From a virus (taxonomy: Duplodnaviria > Caudoviricetes), in IMG/VR virus record IMGVR_UViG_3300031949_000069, positions 1 to 46,208 of that record: DNA of 46,208 bases; one strand, 5' to 3'. This document shows positions 7,559-14,903 of the stretch, piece by piece (within the stretch, counting starts at the first letter, position 1; every line of letters begins with the position of its first letter). A program made the position numbers and the translations under genes. The notes under the pieces are model-generated. The model saw only the letters and a program-made list of their open reading frames with translations, had not been told where the DNA came from and searched no databases.

Positions 7559-9387
7559 GAGAGGAGGGGCGCGTGGAGGAGTTTCAGATTCTACCCATCG
7601 ACCAGATCGTTGAATCCAAGACCAATCCGCGCCGCACGTTTCGCGGCATGGAGGAGCTCGTTGCAAGCGTCCGACAGCACGGGGTCCTGGTGCCGTTGCT
7701 GGTGCGTCCCGTGCCGATCAGCTCGGGCGAGAAGATTGGCCGGGCGCTCGGAATCGATCCTGATGTGACCGCCGCTAATGGCCACTATGAGATTGTCGCC
7801 GGGGCCCGGCGCTTTCGGGCCGCCCGGGAGGCAGGCCTGGCAGAGATCCCAGTGCGGGTCAAAGACCTTGGCGACGGCGAGGCGCTCGAGTTGCAGATCG
7901 TCGAGAATCTCTGCCGGGAAGATGTTCACCCGCTCGAAGAGGCGCTCGGATATGAGGTCCTGCTTGAGCGGCCGGGGTACGATGTCGCGGCGATCGCGGC
8001 GAAGGTCGTCCGGAGCGAGAGCTACATCTACCAGCGGCTGAAGCTCCTCGACCTGATCGAGCCGGCCAGGGACAAATTTTTGGAGGATGTGATTACAGCC
8101 GGGCACGCGGTCCTGATCGCCAGGCTGCAGCCCCGCGAGCAGAAGCAAGCCCTTGAGGAGGCGATCGACCGCACCCGCATCGTGAACGGAAAGCCCATCG
8201 TGTGCGGTGTCCGGGAGCTTGCCGCCTTCATCCAAACGCGCATTCATCTGGACCTCAAAAAGGCGATCTTCAAAAAGGACGATGCCGAGCTCGTCCACAA
8301 GGCCGGCCCCTGCACGACCTGCCACAAGCGGACCGGCTTCACACCTCAGCTATTCCCCGACATCGCGCAGAAAGACACTTGCACCGATCCTGCCTGCTGG
8401 GAGGTCAAGACCTCGGCCTGCATCGCACGGGAAATCGAGGTCGCGAAGAAAAGGGGCGAGCAGTTGCTTCAGATCAGCACCGAGTACGGCAGCTATGGGA
8501 GCAAGCCGAAGGCTAGCGAGCCGCCAAAAGCAAATAAATGGGTCGAGGTCAAGAAAGATCGTGGATGCGCCACAGCGCGCAAGGCGATCGTCGTCGAGGG
8601 CAACGACCGCCGCGGGCAGACGCTCCAGGTGTGCGCGGATAAGAGCTGCAAGCGGCATTGGGGAGGCGGATACAAGCACACCGGGCGCGACCCAAAGGAC
8701 ATCGCCAGGGAGCGCAAGCAGAAGGAGGCACTGACGAGAGAGATCGAGCTGCGGCGGCGGATCTTCGAGGCGGTGTTGGCTGCGGCGCCGGAGCGGCTGT
8801 CGCGCGAAGATCTCGACCTGGTGGCCATCGCCCTGGCTAACGAAATGCAGGGCAATGGCCACCAGGCTGTCGTCCAGCGCCATGGCTGGGAGCCGGGCAA
8901 ACGCAGGTGGGGCGGCCAGAACTGGCACTCGATAATTAACCGCGAGGCCCCGAAACTTAACGACGCGGATCTGCAGAAACTGCTGATAGAGATGTCGCTC
9001 CAGCGCGAGCTCGAGGTCTACAGCTGGGGCCCTTCGGTTCCGCCGGCCCAGTTGCTGGCGACCGCGGAGCGATATGGGATCGACGACGCCGCTATCTCGG
9101 CCTCCCTGGATGTAGAGATCCGGGAGAAGAAGGCCAAACAGGACGCCAGGAAAAAGAAGGCCGCGCCCCAAAAGAGCGCAAAGCCGAAGCGCGCCGCGAA
9201 AGCGACCGCGCCCGAGAAACCGCCGGCGCCTGCGGTCGTCTGCGAGCGTTGCGGGCACGATGAGGCGTTCATCGACGAGGCCGGCTGGTTCTGGAGCGAG
9301 AAATATCTCGTGGACAGCCGGTACGTTTGCACCGGCTGTGAAAGCCTGGAAAAGCAGAAGGGGCGCAAGGGGAAGAAGAGCCAATAG
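7555..9387 (+). CDS. ParB/RepB/Spo0J-family protein with Cys-rich central region
   Basis: NPRRTF...SVRQHGVLVPLLVR...IVAGARRFRAA...ENLCREDVHPLEEA; no parA nearby. Confidence 0.9.
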   Translation: MREEGRVEEFQILPIDQIVESKTNPRRTFRGMEELVASVRQHGVLVPLLVRPVPISSGEKIGRALGIDPDVTAANGHYEIVAGARRFRAAREAGLAEIPVRVKDLGDGEALELQIVENLCREDVHPLEEALGYEVLLERPGYDVAAIAAKVVRSESYIYQRLKLLDLIEPARDKFLEDVITAGHAVLIARLQPREQKQALEEAIDRTRIVNGKPIVCGVRELAAFIQTRIHLDLKKAIFKKDDAELVHKAGPCTTCHKRTGFTPQLFPDIAQKDTCTDPACWEVKTSACIAREIEVAKKRGEQLLQISTEYGSYGSKPKASEPPKANKWVEVKKDRGCATARKAIVVEGNDRRGQTLQVCADKSCKRHWGGGYKHTGRDPKDIARERKQKEALTREIELRRRIFEAVLAAAPERLSREDLDLVAIALANEMQGNGHQAVVQRHGWEPGKRRWGGQNWHSIINREAPKLNDADLQKLLIEMSLQRELEVYSWGPSVPPAQLLATAERYGIDDAAISASLDVEIREKKAKQDARKKKAAPQKSAKPKRAAKATAPEKPPAPAVVCERCGHDEAFIDEAGWFWSEKYLVDSRYVCTGCESLEKQKGRKGKKSQ

Positions 9388-9446
9388 CTGATTGCAGACG
9401 TCTGCAGAGGATTTATGACTTCATGCTGGGCCAAGAGGAACGGGTA

Positions 9447-10661
9447 ATGAAATGTCACAAATGCCTTCAATCGCGTGAGAGCGATCGGTTACCGCCCGGA
9501 TGGAAGCGGCATCGCGATGCAGTCTGGTGCAAGGCCTGCTGGCGCGCAGCCTACATTCTGCGAGCAATCACGGTGCCTGTTGCGGGGCCGCTAGACGCGG
9601 ACTGGAGGGAACTGAGGGATTGTCTTCAGATGTGCTGGGCCGACTCCACCGCTTTGGCAAACTGGGTGGTGACGGAACTCGCCAAGCGTGATGTGATTCG
9701 CGCGGGCGAAGCGAGGATGCCGAAGTTCGAGTTCGTGTATCTCTACCCGGACGCCCGCAAGAGATTCCCACATCTCAATTGCCAATCTGTAGTATCGATT
9801 CTGCAAGCGGTGGATCGTCGCTACCGCCGGCGCCGGCTCGAGGCGATCTGGCGATCGAGCGAGAGTCTACCTCGATACCGATATCCGATGCCTTATCCGA
9901 CCCATAATCAGGGATGGAAAGTCATCAAGCGCGGCAACGACTATACCCTGCGTGTCCGCATGCAGGGAGAACCATGGGACCTGCGCCTCCGCGGAGGAAA
10001 TGGCTTCGGGCGACAGCAGCGGCAGATGGACCAGATTCTCGATGGTTCGGCAGTGCAGGGCGAACTTGCGATCTATCGCGTCCGCGCGCACGCCGGCGAT
10101 CATCGCAATGGCGCAGCCGGCAAAGCCTCGGGAGAGAAGGCCTTCTATCGCATTATGACGAAAATGGTGGCGTGGCTCCCGCGTGAGGAGCGGCGCAAGG
10201 GCAAAGGGATTGTGCTATCGCTGCGCACGGCGAGCGATCGATTCTGGATCGCATCGTCGCCGGCGATCGAGGATATCTGGCATCTCAATGCCGACCAGGC
10301 GCGGACATGGATTATCGGCTATGAGCGATTCCGACAACGATTGTCGGAGGATCGCCGGCCCGAGACGCCCCGGCACCGCGCAAATCGGGATCTGGAATTG
10401 CGCGGCAAAAAGCATCGCGACCGGATTCGATCGTTCGTGCAGATGAGCGTGGCCGGGCTGGCGGGCTACGCGCGCCGCCGCGGCGTTGGTACGATCATCT
10501 ATCACGATACTGATCGCAGCTATTTCCCTTCATTCCCCTGGGCCGCTGTGGTGACGGCCCTACAGACAAAACTGGACGAGTACGGTATTGCATTCGAGCA
10601 CGCGAGCGCCGAGGTGGCGAGCGAATCGCCAGACCCGCTCGCGAAGGAGGAACATGAGTGA
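9447..10661 (+). CDS. Compact TnpB/Cas12f-like CRISPR-associated protein, predicted nuclease-dead (404 aa)
   Basis: N-terminal CHKC/CKAC zinc finger; SLPRYR..PYP WED-like motif; basic bridge-helix region; IIYHD at the RuvC-II position; FPW...LQTKLDEYGI. RuvC-I reads VLSLRT instead of GxDxG, and the C-terminal zinc finger and RuvC-III are absent. Abuts a CRISPR array. Confidence 0.7.
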   Translation: MKCHKCLQSRESDRLPPGWKRHRDAVWCKACWRAAYILRAITVPVAGPLDADWRELRDCLQMCWADSTALANWVVTELAKRDVIRAGEARMPKFEFVYLYPDARKRFPHLNCQSVVSILQAVDRRYRRRRLEAIWRSSESLPRYRYPMPYPTHNQGWKVIKRGNDYTLRVRMQGEPWDLRLRGGNGFGRQQRQMDQILDGSAVQGELAIYRVRAHAGDHRNGAAGKASGEKAFYRIMTKMVAWLPREERRKGKGIVLSLRTASDRFWIASSPAIEDIWHLNADQARTWIIGYERFRQRLSEDRRPETPRHRANRDLELRGKKHRDRIRSFVQMSVAGLAGYARRRGVGTIIYHDTDRSYFPSFPWAAVVTALQTKLDEYGIAFEHASAEVASESPDPLAKEEHE

Positions 10662-10778
10662 AATCAGGGAATACGGCCTCCCTCAGGCCGACCGCGCACC
10701 AGCGACCATCCGCTTGCCGGAGGACCGCTCGCGCATAACGCCGCAAGAGCTGGGGATGTCGGGCTTAGGCCCGCGGCC

Positions 10779-10959
10779 CCCGGAGTGACCGATTGAGATG
10801 ACGGTCACTGGGGGTTTGGGACCTGGTCTCGGATCGCTCTGTGTCCGACGGCCCGGAGTGACCGATTGAGATGACGGTCACTGGGGGAAGAAAGTGTAGC
10901 GCGGGCGCTGACTGTCTGTCCTCCCCGGAGTGACCGAACAACAAATCGGTCACTGCGGG
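10779..10959 (+). CRISPR. CRISPR mini-array: 36-bp repeat CCCGGAGTGACCGATTGAGATGACGGTCACTGGGGG, 3 repeats, 2 spacers (37 and 36 nt)
   Basis: Identical repeats at 10779-10814 and 10852-10887; degenerate repeat at 10924-10959; AGTGACCG/CGGTCACT stem; spacers 10815-10851 and 10888-10923. Confidence 0.93.
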
Positions 10960-11012
10960 TCTGAGCAAGCGTGCCCAGGTGTAACAACCGCCGTGTTGGA
11001 TGAGAGGTGATC

Positions 11013-11297
11013 ATGCCTTTCCCGAAAACCAAGGATGATCTGTTCGCCCAGGGATACAAGTTCGGCCGCGCGACATCATGCAGAGCATGCCGGGCGAAGA
11101 TAGAATTCTGGATGACCCCGCGCGGGAAGTATATCCCGCTCAACGCGGGCACGCTTGAGTCGCACTGGTCGACGTGCCCGAAGGCTGCCGAGTTCCGGCG
11201 TGGGGAGGAAAAGGAAAAGACATCCACCCTCGAGGGTATCAACCGCGCCGCACACGCGCGCCGGAGATCGCAGCAGCGCGGGTTTGATTGGAGGTAG
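11013..11297 (+). CDS. Phage hypothetical protein, putative zinc-binding
   Basis: GAGGTG RBS; CRAC...HWSTCP. Confidence 0.75.
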   Translation: MPFPKTKDDLFAQGYKFGRATSCRACRAKIEFWMTPRGKYIPLNAGTLESHWSTCPKAAEFRRGEEKEKTSTLEGINRAAHARRRSQQRGFDWR

Positions 11298-11299
11298 GA

Positions 11300-11485
11300 A
11301 TGACCGGGAGCGCGGGCGTGGCGCGCCAGGCTCGGGACAAGAAGCGGGATCGGCGCAGCGCGATCGGGTTCTGTCCTCGTTGCCGGCGCCGGATCTATCT
11401 GCCGTTCGTCGAGCATGATGCCGATGAGTGTCCGCGCAAACTTCATGAGGACGCGAGGCTGATCCGCGAGGCGCCGAATGAGTAG
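11300..11485 (+). CDS. Small hypothetical protein (CxxC...HxxxxC)
   Basis: GGAGGT RBS; coupled to the next gene. Confidence 0.6.
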   Translation: MTGSAGVARQARDKKRDRRSAIGFCPRCRRRIYLPFVEHDADECPRKLHEDARLIREAPNE

Positions 11486-11708
11486 CCTTGTACTTGTGCC
11501 GATGGTAAAAGAGATTGGAGAGATGCAGCCGGGCGCGATGTTCGAATGCGAGGCGGCAAAATATCTGAAGCTTTCGGTCAACGAGCTTCGGAAATTTGTC
11601 CGGATCGGGCTGATCCCAGCCAGGCATCACCCGGAGCGCAGGCGCAGGATCTACCTGAGGTCAGACCTCGATCACTATCTGGAGTCGTTGCCCAGGGAGG
11701 CTGAATGA
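11478..11708 (+). CDS. xis: Excisionase-like winged-HTH protein
   Basis: EAAKYLKLSVNELRKFVRIGLIPA...RIYLRSDLDHYL, directly upstream of the integrase. Confidence 0.75.
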   Translation: MSSLVLVPMVKEIGEMQPGAMFECEAAKYLKLSVNELRKFVRIGLIPARHHPERRRRIYLRSDLDHYLESLPREAE

Positions 11709-12757
11709 CGGTCCACGAGCGCAACGGCAGGATCATCGTCGACACGATTTGGCCCGACGGCAAGCGCACGCGCCGCCAGGCGATCGATGTGAAGCAGGCC
11801 AGGGAACTCGATCTCAGGATCCGCGCGAGCCGCATCGACGGGACCTGGCGCGAGCTCAGGCGGAAACTCAACGCCGAGCACGCCGAGGGCATGAAGCTCA
11901 GGGAAGCCGCAGATCTCTATCTCGATCAGTACGTGCGCTCGAAAAACCGCGACCGCAAAAGCAAGAAGAGCCGCCTGGCCATCCTGGTGCGGGAGCTTGG
12001 CAATCTTCTGATCTCGGAAATCGGTCGCGCCGAGGCCTCGCGCTATTCCGCCAGGCGCCTGAAGGCCGGCATCTCTGCCCGGACGGTCAATCGCGACCTG
12101 GCGGTCCTGCGCCATCTGCTGGAGTGGTGCCGGCGCCAGCAGATCCTGGAAGCAAATCCTCTGCACGACTGGGAGCGCCTGGTCGAGCAGCCCTTCGAGG
12201 GGCGGAGACCGACCGGCGAAATCGTCGACCAGGTCATAGCCCGGGTCAGGGAGACGGTGCGTCCGCTATTCATCTTCCTGCGCGAGACGGGCTGCCGGCG
12301 CGAGGAGGGTCTTGCGCTCAAGCATTCCCAGGTCGATCTGCGCAACGCGGTGGTGCATCTGCACCGCACCAAGAGCGGCAAGCCGCGCAGCGTGCCCCTG
12401 ACCGCCGCAGCGATCGCCGCCATCCGCCAGATGCCGCGCACGTCGCGGACCGAGTACGTGTTTTATCATCCCGCCACGCTCACCAGGTGGAGCGAGGCCA
12501 AGGATCCGTGGGAGTCGGCGCGTAAGGCAGCAGGCCATCCCTGGCTCCGGATCCACGATTTGAGGCATGCCTATGCGATCCGCCTGGTCGAGGCCGGCGT
12601 GCCAATGGAAGTTGTGTCTGAAATGCTCGGTCATGCGACGATCGACTTCACCAAGAAAACCTATGCCAAATATGCGCCGACGTGGGCCGGCCGCGTTGTT
12701 TTGGCGGCACTGGAGGGAAGACAGGTTGAGGTACAAGAGAAAGTGCGTCGACGGTAA
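11705..12757 (+). CDS. int: Tyrosine integrase
   Basis: ETGCRREE (R), TKSGK (K), HDLRH, LGH, and catalytic Y in KTYAK. Confidence 0.95.
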   Translation: MTVHERNGRIIVDTIWPDGKRTRRQAIDVKQARELDLRIRASRIDGTWRELRRKLNAEHAEGMKLREAADLYLDQYVRSKNRDRKSKKSRLAILVRELGNLLISEIGRAEASRYSARRLKAGISARTVNRDLAVLRHLLEWCRRQQILEANPLHDWERLVEQPFEGRRPTGEIVDQVIARVRETVRPLFIFLRETGCRREEGLALKHSQVDLRNAVVHLHRTKSGKPRSVPLTAAAIAAIRQMPRTSRTEYVFYHPATLTRWSEAKDPWESARKAAGHPWLRIHDLRHAYAIRLVEAGVPMEVVSEMLGHATIDFTKKTYAKYAPTWAGRVVLAALEGRQVEVQEKVRRR

Positions 12758-13154
12758 AAGCAGATACGTCCATCGGTTACTGATGGAAAATATTTTGGGC
12801 AGAAAACTCAAACGAACCGAAGTGGTTCACCACAAAAATAAAGATCGCCTAGACAATCGAGTGGATAACCTGGAGATCCTTTCACTTTCCAGGCATCAAT
12901 CCATGCACAGGGTTGGTAAGCCGCCAGGGACGGCGGGAAAACCGCTTAGTCAATCAGCAAAAGCTCTCTTGTCTTTGGCCCGCAGGGGCTCTCGGAATGG
13001 CATGGCAAAACTCACCGAATGCAACGTTCAAAACATTCGGGAAAGAGTTCGCGCCGGAGAGCAACGCTCTGTACTGGTTCGAGAATTCAAGGTCACCCGT
13101 CAATTGATCTATCAGATTGTAAAGGGAAAATGTTGGCGACACCTGCCGGAGTAG
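12726..13154 (+). CDS. HNH homing endonuclease with C-terminal DNA-binding modules
   Basis: YVHRLLME...VHHKNKDRLDNRVDNL; GSRNGMAKLTE plus HTH. Probable TTG start at 12726 after GGAGGG; more AT-rich than flanks. Confidence 0.88.
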   Translation: MRYKRKCVDGKSRYVHRLLMENILGRKLKRTEVVHHKNKDRLDNRVDNLEILSLSRHQSMHRVGKPPGTAGKPLSQSAKALLSLARRGSRNGMAKLTECNVQNIRERVRAGEQRSVLVREFKVTRQLIYQIVKGKCWRHLPE

Positions 13155-13159
13155 GTGCT

Positions 13160-13420
13160 TTGGCAAAAAAGTGGCAAGGCCGAAAATGAGGAAAACCGGT
13201 GATTCCGCGTAAACCACTGATTCTATTGGTACGCCTGGCAGGGTTCGAACCTGCGACCTTCGGTTCCGGAGTGCGACGCGTAACTCGCACTAGATGCCCA
13301 CTAGTTGCGATTGCGTGTGGATTGCGCGTCGGTTTCTGGTTCCTCATTTTGGCCGCATCTAAAATAGTTCTAACAGAAGAAAAAAGTGGCAAAAAAGTGG
13401 CAACGCAATTTGCCGCTTTT
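13160..13420. repeat. Arm-type integrase/accessory site candidates flanking attP
   Basis: TGGCAAAAAAGTGGCAA at 13161-13177; tandem AAAAA(A)GTGGCA at 13380-13403; inverted TTGCCGCTTTT at 13410-13420; inverted pair 13178-13193/13340-13354. Confidence 0.7.
13227..13271 (-). mobile_element. attP core = 3' half of tRNA-Arg(CCG)
   Basis: Minus strand CTCCGGA ACCGA AGGTC GCAGG TTCGAAC CCTGC CAGGCGT ACCA: anticodon loop, T-arm, 3' acceptor strand and CCA; the 5' half is absent. Confidence 0.88.
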
Positions 13421-13446
13421 CTCTGACGGCGGGCGTCCTCTTGCAG

Positions 13447-14301
13447 ATGACCATGAAATGGCCGTGGAAGAAACTGTGGTTCGAGGACCTTGATCGCGAC
13501 TGTGGACACCTGGCGCCGTCGACGCGCGGCATCTGGGTCTGGATATTCTGCGATCTCGATCGCCATGGCGGCGAGCGGAGCCTGACGCTCGCTCAGTGGG
13601 CACTGGTCGCCCGGGCGACAATCCGGGATATAGCGGATGCGTTCGCCGAACTGATCTGGCAAGAGGTGTGTGACTCAAGCGTCACGCGAGGCGTCACGCA
13701 AAATGTCACGCGTGACGCTCTGTCACAAAATAGTGACGCGCTGATAACTATCCGCTGTCGGAGAATTTATCGGGAACATAAACTATTATCGCAACACGCT
13801 TTACGGCAGCATCGCTATCGCGAACGCAAGGCGGGCTGCGGCAATAGTGACGCTGCTGTGACGGGGGAGAAGCAGAAGCAGAAGCAAAATACATCCCCCA
13901 AACCCCCTTCGGGGGCTGAAAACGATGTGCTCAAACTCCCAAGTGTCGAGGCCTTCAAGCTCGCAGGACGACTGCGAGCCACGATCGCGGCTAGAGATCC
14001 GAAGGCCAAGGCTGGGAAGATGGACGATGTTGGGGCCTGGGCGCGAGAAATCGAACTACTGCTCATCAGGGACGGGCGATCCCAGGACGATGTTGGAGCC
14101 GTGATCGACTGGTGTCAGCAGAGCTGGTGGGGCCCGCACATTCTCTCGGGGAGGAAGCTTCGAGAGAAATTCGACACGATGTGGGGCCAGATGAAAGGGG
14201 AAAAGGGTAATGCCATAATGCGGCGCGGTTATGTTCCCGACACAATTGGAGCCGAGCGACCACGTGCGCCGACGAAAAGAAAAGATTTCATCGTTGACTG
14301 A
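13447..14301 (+). CDS. Phage replication initiator (replisome organiser-like)
   Basis: N-terminal PWKKLWFED...RGIWV..C; C-terminal VIDW...WWGPHILSGRKLREKFD; internal iteron-like repeats. Exact start uncertain (13441/13447/13453). Confidence 0.8.
   Translation: MTMKWPWKKLWFEDLDRDCGHLAPSTRGIWVWIFCDLDRHGGERSLTLAQWALVARATIRDIADAFAELIWQEVCDSSVTRGVTQNVTRDALSQNSDALITIRCRRIYREHKLLSQHALRQHRYRERKAGCGNSDAAVTGEKQKQKQNTSPKPPSGAENDVLKLPSVEAFKLAGRLRATIAARDPKAKAGKMDDVGAWAREIELLLIRDGRSQDDVGAVIDWCQQSWWGPHILSGRKLREKFDTMWGQMKGEKGNAIMRRGYVPDTIGAERPRAPTKRKDFIVD
13670..13862. repeat. Candidate replication origin iterons (GTCAC/GTGAC cluster) inside the initiator gene
   Basis: Pentamer at 13670, 13681, 13693, 13705, 13712, 13722, 13733, 13847 and 13858. 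Confidence 0.6.
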
Positions 14302-14497
14302 GGGTCATCGCAATCTGCTCGCGATCCCCACAGGGCCCGACATTCCCGAGGACCTGCAGCCCGGTGACGTGTTTTTCATCGTCAATCCAGAGCAAGATCT
14401 CGGCTGGTGGTATGGCGTTCAGCCGGACGGATCGTTTGTGGCGATGGAGTCGATAAAACGATTCGATGCCGAGGACGGGTGGATAGATGTGTGTTGA
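14294..14497 (+). CDS. Hypothetical protein
   Basis: TTG start overlapping the initiator stop; plausible composition. Confidence 0.5.
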   Translation: MTEGHRNLLAIPTGPDIPEDLQPGDVFFIVNPEQDLGWWYGVQPDGSFVAMESIKRFDAEDGWIDVC

Positions 14498-14511
14498 TGT
14501 GGGGGGGGTGA

Positions 14512-14697
14512 ATGAAAAACTTTGAATGCAGCACCTGTCGCAGTATTCCCGATGATCTCATCGCTGTGGTAGAGGAGCTGCTGCGCCTGCGCGTGGAGCG
14601 TTTTCGAGGGACGGTGGAATATCGCCTTGATGGATCCGGGCGAATCATCTCCAGCCTCCAGCACCGGTACCGAGAAATTCCGTTGACAAGGAGATAG
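14512..14697 (+). CDS. Small hypothetical protein
   Basis: G-rich RBS; 61 aa. Confidence 0.55.
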   Translation: MKNFECSTCRSIPDDLIAVVEELLRLRVERFRGTVEYRLDGSGRIISSLQHRYREIPLTRR

Positions 14698-14903
14698 CGG
14701 ATGGAGTATTGGTTTGCGCGAGACCTACCTTACCAAAGGCGGCCCGGCTGGGGTCGCCTTTGCCATAATGGGCCAAGCGGCCCCAAGCCAATAAACCCGA
14801 AAGAGCCGACTGGATCGAGGCTCAAAAAACAAACCAGAGAGCGATGGCATAACTGCGGACATACGGGGGCGGACATGAGATCATCAACCCATTTGGCGCG
14901 GTT

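Noticed and set aside
9388-9446. tracrRNA anti-repeat upstream of the effector
   Set aside because: No complementarity to the repeat seen here or in 10662-10778 by eye; a short anti-repeat cannot be excluded without computation.
9447-10661. IS200/IS605 or IS607 transposon TnpB
   Set aside because: No TnpA or recognisable element ends, catalytic motifs are lost, and the gene is followed by a repeat-spacer array.
10654-10788. 44-aa ORF (MSEIREYG...) as a second cas gene or frameshifted effector C-terminus
   Set aside because: It has no CxxC or RuvC-III-like motif, runs into repeat 1, and the SD-ATG spacing is only 3 nt. More likely leader or scaffold sequence.
9447-12757. CAST-like RNA-guided integration by the dead effector plus the nearby integrase
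   Set aside because: The integrase has a conventional tRNA attP with arm sites and an xis gene, and there are no TnsB/TnsC/TniQ genes. Proximity alone is insufficient.
13227-13300. Complete tRNA-Arg gene
   Set aside because: Only the anticodon loop to CCA is present; the upstream sequence cannot form the D-arm or 5' acceptor strand. Called as attP instead.
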